The notes beneath the pieces were generated by a model. It made no database searches. It was not told where the DNA came from and saw only the letters and a list, made by a program, of their open reading frames with translations. The translations under genes and the position numbers were made by a program. This document shows positions 49,301 to 63,103 of a stretch of DNA of 64,000 bases, piece after piece (position 1 is the stretch's first letter; the number at the start of each line of letters is the position of its first letter). The stretch covers positions 183,136,312-183,200,311 of the forward strand of contig CM097886.1 of assembly GCA_044892525.1 (NCBI GenBank), written 5' to 3'. Source of the DNA: Schmidtea polychroa (Eukaryota).

Positions 49301-52297
49301 ACCATATAAGGGAGCTGCAGCAGATAACATATCAATATGCTAGGCCTAGCTGCAATGAATGCCTCGATACCATATAAGGGAATAGCAGCAGATAACATAT
49401 CAATATGCTAGGCATAGCTGCAATGAATGCCTCGATACCATATAAGGGAATAGCAGCAGATAACATATCAATATGCTAGGCCTAGCTGCAATGAATGCCC
49501 CGATACCATATAAGGGAACTGCAGCAGATAACATATCAATATGCTAGGCCTAGCTGCAATGAATGCCTCGATACCATACAAGGGAACTGCAGCAGATAAC
49601 ATATCAATATGCTAGGCATAGCTGCAATGAATGCCTCGATACCATATAAGGGAATAGCAGCAGATAACATATCAATATGCTAGGCCTAGCTGCAATGAAT
49701 GCCTCGATACCATATAAGGGAACTGCAGCAGATAACATATCAATATGCTAGGCTTAGCTGCAATGAATGCCTCGATACCATATAAGGGAACAGCAGCAGA
49801 TAACATATCAATATGCTAGGCATAGCAGCAATGAATGCCTCGATACCATATAAGGGAACTGCAGCAGATAACATATCAATATGCTAGGCCTAGCTGCAAT
49901 GAATGCCTCGATACCATATAAGGGAACTGCAGCAGATAACATATCAATATGCTAGGCCTAGCTGCAATGAATGCCTCGATACCATATAAGGGAACTGCAG
50001 CAGATAACATATCAATATGCTAGGCCTAGCTGCAATGAATGCCTCGATACCATACAAGGGAACCGCAGCAGATAACATATCAATATGCTAGGCCTAGCTG
50101 CAATGAATGCCTCGATACCATATAAGGGAACTGCAGCAGATAACATATCAATATGCTAGACCTAGCTGCAATGAATGCCTCGATACCATATAAGGGAGCT
50201 GCAGCAGATAACATATCAATATGCTAGGCCTAGCTGCAATGAATGCCTCGATACCATACAAGGGAACAGCAGCAGATAACATATCAATATGCTAGGCCTA
50301 GCTGCAATGAATGCCTCGATACCATATAAGGGAACTGCAGCAGATAACATATCAATATGCTAGACCTAGCTGCAATGAATGCCTCGATACCATATAAGGG
50401 AGCTGCAGCAGATAACATATCAATATGCTAGGCCTAGCTGCAATGAATGCCTCGATACCATACAAGGGAACAGCAGCAGATAACATATCAATATGCTAGG
50501 CCTAGCTGCAATGAATGCCTCGATACCATATAAGGGAACTGCAGCAGATAACATATCAATGTGCTAGGCCTAGCTGCAATGAATGCCTCGATACCATATA
50601 AGGGAACTGCAGCAGATAACATATCAATGTGCTAGGCCTAGCTGCAATGAATGCCTCGATACCATATAAGGGAACAGCAGCAGATAACATATCAATATGC
50701 TAGGCCTAGCTGCAATGAATGCCTCGATACCATATAAGGGAACCGCAGCAGATAACATATCAATGTGCTAGGCCTAGCTGCAATGAATGCCTCGATACCA
50801 TATAAGGGAACTGCAGCAGATAACATATCAATGTGCTAGGCCTAGCTGCAATGAATGCCTCGATACCATATAAGGGAACCGCAGCAGATAACATATGCTG
50901 CTCAATACAAAATCAGAAAGCGTGTTACCAGTAAATATATCGACACCTTCAAATAGCCTCCATCTCACGCGTAAATGGCGCATGATTGGATATTGCAATA
51001 ATAATAACATCACAAATAATTATTTTCATTGCTTTTAATGAATTATTTCCAGTTTAATAATGAATATTATATAATAATTATATTTATTTATTATTTGATA
51101 ATATGGCAGCGCATGTAAGGCTACTTTATAAAGGTTATTTGCTAATCAATCGCTTCTGCTTGGGGAGCAAGATATTATATTTGATGGCCCATTGAAGCCA
51201 TTATGACTGTTGCTGGTAGCAATTGCTATGATTGTTATTGGCCGTTCTAGTGTTAGTTATCTAAATTGATAAATTATTGGCTGTTGGCAATGCAATTTGC
51301 TGCGGCGGCTGGTAAAGGGCAAGATCATATGATAATGCTGTCACATCGATATTGGCCATATCGGGCCTGCAGGGAGCTATTGCATTCTCACCCCGCTAAC
51401 GGTTCCATTGACACCTCATTCTGTGCTCTCTTGCCTCTCACTAGAGCTCTCTGAGGCAGTTCTCAATGGCATTTCATTCATTGCTCCTTATGCAATCCAT
51501 TTCACATATTCAATTAACCAGATCGCAACTCACCAGATTTAATTGATATTTCATTATATAAAATGTTAATGTTTACTTTTGTTCGGCAATCGATTCGGCA
51601 TTTCCGCTGCAGCAATAATTTCAATATTTCTGAATGCCCATTGCTGCTAGCAGAATGAATCGCTCTCCATCCCTGCAATTTATCAATTAATTATTTATTT
51701 GCAATGATTATTTACCGCTTTGTCCTCAGATTCCACATCGCAGTTGCGGTCAAGCAATAATTTCAATATTTCTGAATGCCCATTGCTGCTAGCATAATGA
51801 ATCGCTCTCCATCCCTGCAATTTATCAATTAATTATTTATTTGCAATGATTATTTACCGCTTTGTCCTCAGATTCCACATCGCAGTTGCGGTCAAGCAAT
51901 AATTTCAATATTTCTGAATGCCCATTGCTGCTAGCATAATGAATCGCTCTCCATCCCTGCAATTTATCAATTGATTATTTATTTGCAATGATTATTTACC
52001 CCATTGCTCTCAGATTCCACATCGCAGTTGCTGTCAAGCAATAACCTGGCAATATCAACAAATCCATAACGGCAAGCAAAGTGAATGGGCAACCAGCCCT
52101 GAAATCAGAAACATTAACCCAATAATTCACATTGCCAATCAATCTCACATAATCATCAACAATCCTATGCACAAATTCTCCCCTCAAATTATCCCTGACG
52201 CCCTCCACATTTCCCCTCATCAAGTGCTCCTTGAAACATTGAAAATCCCTGCAATGCAAATTATCCAATGCAAATCATAATCAATATTTCACCCCAT
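30827..52297 (-). CDS. Ankyrin-repeat + RING protein, copy B, 23 exons, ~958 aa
   Basis: Same splice sites as copy A and all exons appear open. 5' exons: 52293-52297, 52149-52248, 52000-52098, two extra exons 51858-51956 and 51716-51814, 51577-51672, 47192-47269. Large introns 47270-51576, 38904-46556, 32359-38132. RING exon ends at stop 30827-30829. A 14-nt insertion (non-multiple of 3) falls inside predicted intron 31849-31902, supporting the model. Confidence 0.87.
33891..34850. mobile_element. 960-bp non-autonomous TIR element (Tc1/mariner-type MITE), copy-B-specific
   Basis: TIR cacctaaccgcgaaa / tttcgcggttaggtg (imperfect to ~33 bp); TA at 33889-33890 and 34851-34852; copy A has the empty site gttgatTAtttgttggg near 5158. 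Confidence 0.93.
35018..37915 (+). pseudogene. Actin pseudogene (copy B), split by the 2.4-kb hAT
   Basis: Same actin segments as A 5325-6140; continues after the TSD at 37881. Confidence 0.88.
35481..37880 (-). mobile_element. Full-length Buster-like hAT transposon (2400 bp); GTF2IRD2/EPM2AIP1-like transposase with two frameshifts
   Basis: 12-bp TIR caggggtgccca / tgggcacccctg; perfect 8-bp TSD ttctagat (35473-35480, 37881-37888) with central TA; ORFs 37244-37507, 35802-37322 and 35693-35884 join into ~600 aa ([51 protein letters not shown]). Confidence 0.96.
39778..40670 (-). mobile_element. Gypsy integrase remnant (copy B)
   Basis: Homologous to A 7990-8880. Confidence 0.8.
40685..41417 (+). 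mobile_element. Tc1-like remnant (copy B)
   Basis: Homologous to A 8897-9625; cagtactgtgc at 40685. Confidence 0.7.
41418..41820 (+). mobile_element. hAT (GTF2IRD2-like) fragment (copy B)
   Basis: [22 protein letters not shown]; homologous to A 9626-10030. Confidence 0.8.
42033..44193 (+). mobile_element. Gypsy gag-protease-RT fragment (copy B)
   Basis: Gag [11 protein letters not shown].. with an in-frame TGA at 42744-42746 and two CCHC knuckles ([28 protein letters not shown]); protease LLDTGA; RT frameshifted near 43787. Confidence 0.93.
44194..45581 (+). mobile_element. Penelope-like element with inverted RT fragment (copy B)
   Basis: Homologous to A 11523-12910; GIY-YIG ORF broken by a stop at ~45039. 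Confidence 0.9.
45532..45581 (+). ncRNA. Hammerhead-like motif (copy B)
   Basis: Identical to A 12861-12910. Confidence 0.5.
45822..46228 (-). mobile_element. IS630/Tc1-like transposase remnant (copy B)
   Basis: Translations identical to A 13154-13554. Confidence 0.6.
47992..51030 (+). mobile_element. piggyBac remnant (copy B)
   Basis: Homologous to A 15301-16710, with an expanded internal array. Confidence 0.8.
48382..50896 (+). repeat. 68-bp minisatellite, 37 units (copy B)
   Basis: Unit starts at 48382+68n up to 50830. Confidence 0.97.
51612..52044 (-). repeat. 142-bp exon+intron unit present 3x (1x in copy A)
   Basis: gcaataa anchor at 51612, 51754, 51896 and 52038; unit = 99-nt exon + 43-nt intron. 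Confidence 0.95.
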
Positions 52298-53770
52298 CTT
52301 GATATTTCCTTTCTGTTTTATCTATCAATTAATTCAAAAATCAATAAATTTAATTATAATTTAATTAACAAGTTCAAAATCAAAAAATCTTACTTCCTAA
52401 AATCCAAATGAAATCAATTAAATAGCAGCCAATCAATTCTCAAGGCTAAATAATAAATTTGAAGCGATAAAACAAATCAATTGCAATCAATAATAAATGT
52501 AATATATATAATGGAATTGTCAGGCTGATAAAATTGATATTCAATATTCAATGCGACAACCGAACGATCTGACGGATTCCCCCGATGCGGCAATTATTAT
52601 CAATGATTACAACATTCCATGAAGCTGCAAATATTATTATTATTCTTTGGTAACTTTCAAATAATTTGCAAGCATTACACAAATGCCTAAATATTATTTT
52701 AAATGCTCAATTATATCCACTCAAATCCTCATGCTAATAAATAACAATATTAATAACAATTTTATACAAATCATTTAATTGCTTTATAATTGCCATTATT
52801 TCATAACATCACATATAATTGTTACATAAAATGAATAAATTTATTAATTAAATAATAAATCAAATAGAAATTATATTAATAAATACAAAGATGAAAAACA
52901 TAAAAAATTAAACATTTGAATAATTATAAAAGCCAACATAATTATATAAACAAATATACAAAAATATTATAATGGTAATATAATTGAAAGCACATTAACG
53001 CAAAACAAATATATTTCACTAAAACTGGAAATAATAATGCTTAAATTAAATCAGCAAATGTTTAACAAAAAATATCATAATATTCTAAAAATTTAAATAT
53101 TTTAATTTCAAATATATAATGCATTAGTAAGATGGGAAACTACTTACAAAATTATTAAAAGTTTGTTTAAAATTAATGGTTTTTTGAATTTGACTTTGGA
53201 ATTTGATTTACTGTTCACCTCTTAAGTGGTAATTGATAACATTTTTGTGAACATAATTTTTCAAAGTTTCTCTATGTCTCAATTCGAATTTGGAATTTTC
53301 AGTTTTCATCATTATTTACAATCGTCTTTCTTCCAAAAGTGTATTGTTGGTTTCTGAACTATGCCGAAATTCCGAGCATTTTGAAAGCTACAGAATATTA
53401 TTATTTTTACTTCATGATTCATTAGTCGAGAACACTTCAGATCTATTTCAGGACGAGGAGATTTTAATCGGTTTTTCCTTATTAGTTTCATTCATTAAAT
53501 TGCTTCAAGTTACGATCAAGGACATTTTGGATTGGTACTTATTCTGAGGATCCATAAAAACTCGAGGTTTCGAGCTTATATGATATCACTGGAGTAATTA
53601 CAAGATATAATTCTGCGTTCAATAAGGCTCATTTATAATTATTCATCTGACAATTCCACTCATATTTCATTAATGATTTTGCCAATCATGACAGAAAATA
53701 GCTATTTTAGCTCCTCGGTTTATAAAAAATTGATCAAAGATTGAACCGTAACTAATAAAGCAATTGTTGG

Positions 53771-56700
53771 GTCGCTTAGGGGTGTGTCATTTTATTGCTA
53801 AAATGTTTTAGGGGTATTATATGTAAGGAATTGACTCCTTTCTAAACGCCTTAATGACTATTGTACTTTAGACCATCTGTGTACCCATGTCAGAGGTGTA
53901 CGCAATGATTGAAAATCAATGACCAGGTGAGCTCTATTGCTAAAATTACTCCTTATTGCATTTTCTTTTCAGATTCTGGAATCCGATAAAAAGTCTTACG
54001 TCATTATTCAGTATCTGTTCTATCGCTAGATCATTGTCATGTTTTCATTTAACTGTGGTCTTCATTGCCCATTTCAATAATCTATTTTATGTATCCTTAT
54101 GATTCTATAGCCCTTCAAATGTTTTATGGTCTGTTCTAATAACTACCTCTGTTCTATATATATGGCCTAAATTATTTCTATTGTTGAATATCTTAATTGG
54201 GCACCTTTTAACGTTTTACTTGCATTAGCTATTACATAAACTTTACATTTTTCTTCTTCTTGTATTAAGACTGCCCCTACGGCTTTACCGCTGGCGTCAG
54301 TCATAACTATAAATTGTTTTTTAAAGTCTGGGTATCTTAATATTGGTGCAGTTACTAATTTTTCGTTTATTGATCAATGTTTTTGATGTTTTGCTGTCCA
54401 TTTCTTTTGTGGTTTATTGATTTTATCGTTTATACTTTGTACTATGAACACATTTTTACTTTCTCCCTTGGTTTTTATTCCTTTAGTTAATTCTATCATC
54501 GGTGCTTCTATTTTTGCATACTCTTGTATAAATTTACGATAATACCTTGTTAAACCTAAAAATCCTTGCACTTGTAATGTTTTTGGGACTGGAAACTTTT
54601 TTACAGCTTCAATTTTATCTGGGTTTAGTGTTATGCCCTCCACACTAACAATATGTTCCAAATATAACGCTGAGGGCTCCGCCCATTTACATTTAGTTGA
54701 TTTAATCTTTATCTTTGTCTTTCTTAATCGCTGTAATACGTTTGTAATGTCTTTTAAATGTTCCTCAAATGTTTTTGATGATATTAGTATGTCGTCCATG
54801 TAAACTGCGCAATGATGTACACCTACTAATATTGTATTCATTAAACGCTGGAAGGTTGATGGTGCATTGGTTAACCCAAAAGGTAATCTTTATTTGCATA
54901 AATGGCTGAAAAATATTTAGAGTCTCTTAATTTATCAAATTGTTCTTGTGCTTTTGGAAATGGGTATGAGTCTTTTACTGTTACGTCATTTAGTTTATGA
55001 TAGTCAATGCACATTCTTATTTCTCCATCTTTTTTTCTAACTGGTACTATTGGTAGTGCCCATTGTGAAAAACTTTGTTTAATTACACCTGCCTGTTTTA
55101 ATTCTTTAATTTTTCGTTTTATTTCCTCCTTCAATTTATAAGGTACTCATTAGGGTCTTTGTTTTATGGGTCTATCATTATCTGTATCTATCACATGTCT
55201 AATGATGTCTGTATCTCCTAAATTAAATTCATGTTTAGCAAAAACATCGTTACATTCATCAATTAAGGTTTCTAATTGTGATTGTTGATTTTCATTTAAA
55301 TATTTATTATCAATTTTTACTTTATCGTAGAATTTTATGTTATTTGGTTTAACCAGTTCGACAACGTTTTCACTCGTATTCTCCGTTATTCACATCTCAC
55401 TTATTTCAATAATTTGTTCTGCTTTTCCTTTAAATAGCTTTCATAGTTTTGTATCTTTATGTATTTTTATATTATTATTTTCATAATTTGCAAATCGTAT
55501 CAGGATTATTCCGTTTTTTGGAGTTACACACTCGTCTATCAGCATACATTGTGATTTTTTGTGATTGCCGTAACAAGCTCAAAAATAAAAGTGTCCTCAC
55601 TTTTGATATTAACTTTTACAGGAACTATATGACTACATTTGTATTCTAGCTCTAAACCTTCTAAAACGATTACCTCTGAAAATTTTGCGTTACGGTGGTT
55701 TGCTTTCCTTTTAACTGTACTATTTGTTAAATCTATCACACAATTTTCTAGTTTATTAAGTATGTCCATTCCAAGAACACATATGCTTTTGCACTCCTCA
55801 GCGACTTTAATATATATGATTTATTGTTTGACTTGCCAAATGGGCAGTTAGCTCAATGTTTTCTTTTAATGGAATATCGTGTGCTGACAATGATACCACT
55901 CTTTCTCTTGTCGTTACAATATTTTTCTTTTGATTCTCTGTTAATTAACCCTCTCTTATCAATGATGCTGCTGCTCCTGTATCAACTTGAGCATATATGC
56001 TTATAATATCTATTGTTATTTGAAGTAGTGGTCTTGCTTCATTTGCCGATCCCCATAGGTCATTTATGCAAAGTTCCAAACTATAGCACCCGTATATATT
56101 TTCTGGGTATACCATGACAACCTTTGCTTAGTTTTGGCATCTTAATTTCAATATTATTTTCCATTTCTTTTAATAAATCTCTTTGATTATCGTATAGGCC
56201 TTTGCTTGGCTGTTGTTCTGATTCTTCCGGGTTTCTTCATCTTTTTCTATGATCATTATTTGCTGCTAGTCTTTTCTTTGTCTTTTTATTAATCGGATCT
56301 ATTTGTCATGTTTTGCTGTTATTAAATATTTCGCTATGAATGGACAAAAACATGCTATTAGCTTGTACGAATTTCCAAACACTTGTCTGAGCTACTTTAA
56401 TGACACTAATGATGGGCAAATCATTTTCAATAGAGTCACTGTATAGTATATTCATAATATTGCTGAGAACATGTTTCCGAGGATTGCGAAATATCCCAAT
56501 ATAATATATAATATTTGGTATAATACTCAGTATACCACCTTTTTTTAAATGTTCCTCTACCTGAATAGTTTCCATATATACTTCATAATCATTGTAATTG
56601 CTCCGTTTATGACCTAATTGGTTTTGACTTCCTTAGTTATCGTTCTTAATTAGTTATTTCTGTTGACCATTTTAGTAATTCCCCTTCTTCTGTTTACTCT

Positions 56701-57101
56701 CGTTTATCCTACTGTTTAGATAATTGCTCTCTAAATTCTCAAATTGTTTATTTCCCCAAATTGCCGCGCTCAGGTTTTCTTCATCGCTCGGGTTCTCCAT
56801 TGGCTCGGACTTCCCATTAGCTCCGGTTATCCATTAGTCAATTAATTAATAGTTTGTGTTTTTCCATATTTGGCTGTTTTTCGACCTTTCTAAACATTTT
56901 CTAACAATTTATTGCTCACTGTTCTTCATTATTCCCAAATCTACAGCTGTCCCGTTTTTCAGCTTCAATTTCGATAACATTTCACTTTATCCCACTTCCT
57001 CAGATTTGCAAATGTTTTTATTTCGTGTCTGATTGTACTATTTTATAGTTCTGTTTTTGTCATATCTTTCTTTGCCATTAATTCTCCGCTTGATCACCAT
57101 T
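53771..57101 (-). mobile_element. Decayed Gypsy element (copy B)
   Basis: ORF translations identical to copy A at offset +34591. Confidence 0.85.
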
Positions 57102-57430
57102 CTCTTTCGTTCAATTTTGGTTTTCTTTTTACTCGAAATTATTTAATTTAACGTAATTTAATAATTCACTTTTACAACCTCATCATAAATAATATTTGTA
57201 AATATTATATTAATAATTAAACATTAGGTAAAATTATAATATAATTATATAATTGAAATTAATAGAAATATTGTAGAATGATGTTTTCTTGCTTTATATA
57301 TTGTTGGTGTAAAATAATCCTCTTGTTTTGTACTGGACAAGACCCATGCTCAAAATAATCAACGTTTTACGGATTTCGTAATGTGACAAATTTTTTTGGG
57401 GTACTCGAACCAAAATATATAGTCAAATTA

Positions 57431-57791
57431 TCAACAGTATCCGGAGGTTATATTTTCTGAGTTTCACACCCAGCTTCTGAATGTTATCTCAATTGTGAAG
57501 AATGAATTGAAGGAAAAGATATAAATTAAAACATTTGCGGAATTACTTCTTACAAAATATAGCTTTTTAAAAAGTGAATTTTCGGAAATCTTTATAGCTT
57601 TCATGTTGTTTTTACACTTTCTGTTACAGGAGCTTTTCTATACAGAGAGGATATTTAGCAAATTCAACATTATCAAAGATTACAAAAGAAATTCTATTGT
57701 CCAAACTAGACTACGTGATCTTGCTATCCTAAACATAGAACATGCAGAAGCAGATAAAATGGATCTCAAAGACCTTGGCAGTTGACGTTCC
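57431..57791 (+). mobile_element. hAT dimerization-domain fragment (copy B)
   Basis: ORF 57603-57785 identical to A 23012-23194. Confidence 0.75.
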
Positions 57792-58714
57792 ACACGGGAT
57801 GTTTATATTCTCACGATGAAATGTTCTTATGAAATATGTAATTAAGTTCCATTATCGCAGTTGTCGCAGACCGGATGTCTACGTGATGGATGAATTGGTA
57901 AACCTAATCTCGTAGTACAGAATCGAATACATGTGCTTTTGAATTTTTTCCTTGGGAAAATACGATGGAGCAATGAAATGGTCGTGTATGCTTCTTGGAA
58001 TAATAAAATTTACTGATATCGGAAATTGGCTTGGAAAAATCTATCTAGCAAGATGCAAAGAAGTCGAAAATTCAGAATTGGAGTCTAAAAAGAAAATCCT
58101 ATTCATTGAACCGATGATATTTAATGTCTAATCGTTGTGAAGGTAGTCATGGAAAAATTCGTTTCCAATTGTTGACGAGTGCATCATCATCGAGGAGTGG
58201 AGATTTGCTCATAGACTAAAGGTAATATTCCGTGTAGTGAGAAGTCGTTGCCTCGGTATCACCATTCATGCGGATCAACTGAGAACTACTGACACAAGTG
58301 CCATCAATTCTCAATCAACCCCCCGAACGGGTCAAACCACATCTATAAATCATATTAAGTTATAAAAAATTCTCAATGCAAATGTTTAATACATTTATAT
58401 GAAAAATTCAAATAGTTATAAGTTCAATCAAGGTCAATATTCAGCAGTTATCTCGCCCAAGATGGAATCCTACGAAAGTTTCTCTCTCCCACAGCACAAT
58501 AAATTTCTCATTTCAGACTTATTATCACACGTCTCTCCATCATGCCTCTATTTTCTCATCTCCTTCCTTTAGTTGGTCATCTCATTCGATTTCCATAGAT
58601 GTCGGATTTATCCCCTCATCTTCACATGTCCATGCGATTTCCCAATGTCCTACCAAAGTTTCTGACATTCAACTATTTTCTTTCTTACTCAGTCCAATTT
58701 CTAGTGGCTGTGAT

Positions 58715-61526
58715 TAGGGAATCCATTTTTTAACAAAAACCGAATTCCGGAATTTTCGGATTTACGTAAGATGAAATTCAGAATTCCGGAATTATTCTGG
58801 AATTGAAAAATAAAAAGTCAAGAGCAAAAAAAATGTTAACCAGCATAAATTTATTTCAAAGTAAACAAAGAAAATTTTTATTTTTGTATTAATATTAATA
58901 AAAAAAACATAAACAAAACAAATTCAATATTTAAAAAAATATAATATAAAAATAAAAATTACTATATAAATAAAAATTTATGTTTGCTTTTTGAAGAAGC
59001 TTCTCAGCATACACAAATTGTCCAATGTAGTATCATTAAGTCTTGACCTAATTTTTGTTGAAAATGCTCCAGCGGCGGAAAAGGCTCTCTCTGCTTCAAC
59101 ACTTGTTGGGGGAATACACAAAAGGTTTTGTAAATTATTTCCAAAAATGGTCCACGAAATACACCTTCGTCCCAAAATTTTAATTCATTTCGAATAGCAA
59201 ATTGAATTGATATTTTTTTTTTAAGTTTTTGTAGTCGGCTGTAAAAGTGACTGCTGGATTTTTTGCTGCAACAATTTCTGTAAGGAGGGCTGCGTTTCAC
59301 TTTCAAAAGATTCGTTGGGTTCAAATACTAAATCAGAATCAGACTCGGAATCCGTTGAATCAACTTCAGCAGTAATTTCATCATTAAGTCGCCGGGCCAG
59401 TAATAGAATAATTTTATTTATTTCTGTTTTCGAGTGACCGGAAATGCTCTTGTGAATTTTTGTTTTGCCACCATTATGCAAATATTGTAGCACATCAGAT
59501 AAAATAGTTCTTCTCCGATTGAACTGGAGTTCTATCTCTTTTTTCAATTCAAGGGCAAATTCGTCATTCTCACTAAAATTTTGTAACATAAACGTAAATG
59601 TTGCATCCGCAGAAATTAAATTAGCATCTGCACGGCATAATGCGTCTACGGTTAATTTTACTGGCATCAAATTTTTAGATATTCGTGATACCGAATCCCA
59701 TTCTGATTCATATAAAATTATGTCCGTTTCAATGTCAATTAATGCTTTTTTAATGAACTTTTCAAAATATTAAAACGCTCTAACATAGACAACATGCTAT
59801 TGCATCTAGTTTTCGAATCTAACACAAGCTGTAATTCTTTTTTATGATCTTGCTTCACGTATTTTTGAAGCACTTCTTTTTTCAAAGAAGAACGACGAAA
59901 GGTTTTAACAATTTTCCGAACTTTTGTGATTAATGCTCGTAGTTGAAAGTTTTCAGTTGTTTCCATAACATCAGTTTCAATTCCCATATCTACCCGCATT
60001 CCATTGTCATCATCCTCATCATCAGTAAGATTTTCTTCATCTACCTCAAAGTTCCGTTCATTTTCATTATTGTCCTGCTCTACTTCGTTTTCTGTTGCAT
60101 TATCTACTAAATCCAACGTTTGCTTTTTATAGAGTACATTACCAATTGCAATTTGAATTGCATGAGCAAAACATAAAATTTGTTCGCAGGATAACAATCT
60201 ACTAACTTTTTGCATCATGGAGGCACTATCTCTAACAATGCACAAAATATCATTTCCAATATTTAATTGGCATGATTCAAGCTTTTTTTCCAGCAATTTT
60301 ATACAATCTTTAGACGCAAATCGGCCATTTTTACGAGCCAATCCCAAATTCCAGACCCGATCTCCTGATCCATGCACGTTAATATTTCGAGAAGAAGTCC
60401 ATTCGTCAAGTGTCAGATTGAAACGTACGTTTCTGTTTTTTTCAGAAATAATTCCCGAAATTATCGACTGCCGAATTTTTTTGCTGTAATCCATCACGAC
60501 TTTTTGTATACTGGTAGGTGATTTCGGAATATCACAAAATCCCCGCGTTCATAAACATTTTCTTAAATCGTCTGAACTACAAAATATGCGAAACGGTAAT
60601 CCGTCTGAAGCTACCATTCGAGATATTACTGCGGCAAAACTTTCGTCTACTTTTGAAATATAAAAATCTTTAATCGTTTTGATTTTTGTAGCTAAATCGC
60701 CGGTATTCGCACCAGCAGCATCCGTATCATCAATTTTTCGTTTATTTAAAATCTTGTTATGTTTAGTCCGCAAATGGGTGCGTATGGGTGTTGTACACCC
60801 ACCCAATATCTTTAAAGCCTTCCTACATTGTGTACATTTCGCCACTTGAGTTTTTGTCCCTCGTAAAAAATGAGTCCACACCAAATTTGAAGTACTCTCT
60901 TTGGAGACATCTATAAAAATTTTGTCTTGCTTATCCGCATTCCTTGGGATTAAACATATGTACACAAGAAATATATGAAATTTTGAAACTAATAAAACCT
61001 ACCTATATCAAATGCTACCGTGAAGAATTGAACTTGAATGGTTAATTAAATATTTATATTATTAAAATAAAATGAAATGATTTGCTGATTAGTAAATTTA
61101 ATATTAAATATTAGACAAGAGGACGTTATTAAAATGATAATGATTTACTGTTTATTTATACTAAATTTACTATTACACTTAAATATAACATATAACACAA
61201 CACAACAAAGGAAAAAACATTTCTATTATGATATAATTTCACAAAAAATTTAAATGTCAAAACGAATAACATTATTTTTATTTCTCATGGCAAACTGTTT
61301 GTATTTTTTTTTAAAAATAAATCGTTACAATACAAGGTAATAATATAGTTTTTTTGTATAATTTTTTGCCAGTCGCTGGAATTCCGTGTAATTTGTTAAA
61401 AACAAAAAAATATTTAAATGCGAATAATCGGGAATTCGATTTATTTCAATTCCGGAATTTCGAATATAAAAAACAAGGCGGAATTTCGGAATTCCGAAAT
61501 TTCGAAATCCGGATTTCGATTCCCTA
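58715..61526 (-). mobile_element. Ac/ZBED-like hAT transposon (copy B)
   Basis: TIRs tagggaatc / gattcccta; ORF translations identical to copy A. Confidence 0.92.
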
Positions 61527-61673
61527 CTGGTGACGCTTTCTCTACTCAGTCTTTATTCCCATTAGGTTGACTTTTCAAACCTCTCGTGACTGGCGACGCT
61601 TTCCCTACTCAGCCTTACTTATTCTTATTTGACTTTTCAAACCTCTCGATACTGGCGGCGCTTTCCTTACTCA
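61527..61673. repeat. ~62-63 bp degenerate tandem repeat (copy B)
   Basis: Same as A 26936-27082. Confidence 0.75.
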
Positions 61674-63103
61674 TTGTTATTTAATTTAAGCTGATTTTTC
61701 TAGTTTCTATTACTATCCTCTTTTTGTGTGTTTTCTATCGTTACTGGTTCAAGTCCTAGGTTCACTATACTATTGTCTTTACTCCTTACGTTGTGTCCTT
61801 TTATAAACGTTTACTTCCCCTACTGTAGGTCCCAACATGCCTCTTTTTGTTACTCTTCCGTGTTTTCCCCACTCTTCTAACTCGGATGCGAAACACTCGC
61901 ACTGGTCGGTCTCCGATCGTGTGGTGGATCAGTCACACACAGAAACGTTCCAGTAGATGCGATGGGCTCTGTTCCATATCTTTCGTCAGGACAGTTGGTA
62001 TTTCCCTGTGCCTTATCCACACTACGCTGAGTGAAGCTCATGGGTCGTGGATTTGTCAAACAAGAAAACCAGAAATAAAGAAAAGGAATGGAACAATTAA
62101 TCCTATATCCCTACATATCTCTACATTTATTATATATCATTTTGATTTGGGTGTATACACCGATGTAAGCAATTATTTATGTATTATTAGTCTTATTCTT
62201 GGCACTCTGTTCTTCCAATACCATCTCTTTTCAATGTTGTCTTGGTTCTTCCTACCATACGGATCTTTTATAACATAGGTTATCACTATCCGCCTGAAAC
62301 CTTTCTCATACCTCATTTTGTTGCATAATATTGCTAATCATATAACAGTCCTGAATTACCGTGCTAATAATTCGTTGTTTTCTCATTTACGCAACAGGAA
62401 AAACACAGATACATGTGTTCCATTAATCGTTCTATCTCCATCTGGATATATTTTTAAATTCCACTTGTAACCATTTTTCTATGAATATAATGCTAGATTA
62501 GTTATAGCTATTTATGTACTGTTTTCAACTCGTTGCATTTTCCTTTTTACATCCGGTATTCTCCGTTAAGTTCTCTAGATGTATTCCTTTATCCAGTACT
62601 ATTCATAAAAATGAGCAAGTACTAGCCTTTCCACAATGTTACCCATCCTGGATTCGCATTCGCAGCGGTTAGCCTTTAAGAGACGATTCGATTATCTCTA
62701 GGTTAAGTCTTGATTAAGATTCTCTTTATTTGATATTTGGTGCCTTATTATTTATTGTGTTTTGTTATATTTTTATTTGAATGCCTTTTTAATAGACTTT
62801 TGCTGTTCCGACTTTCCAATTTATCATCATGCATTTTGACATCCTTGGGTACTCCACCCTTGGATTGGTGTGTGTACAGAATACAAAATATTAGTACTAT
62901 TAATTGGCTAGATACTCATGATAATTAATCGTGATTATTACTCGAGGTAATTTGATCTTTCATGTAGCCTCTAATCCACACATTCATATAATCACCCATC
63001 CCTCTTTTAGAGTACGTTCCAAAAGAATTCCGTTCTATGAGAACTATCACTGGATCCATTCATCTATTCACGATTCTGGTAATATTCAAAAATTAACATT
63101 TGA

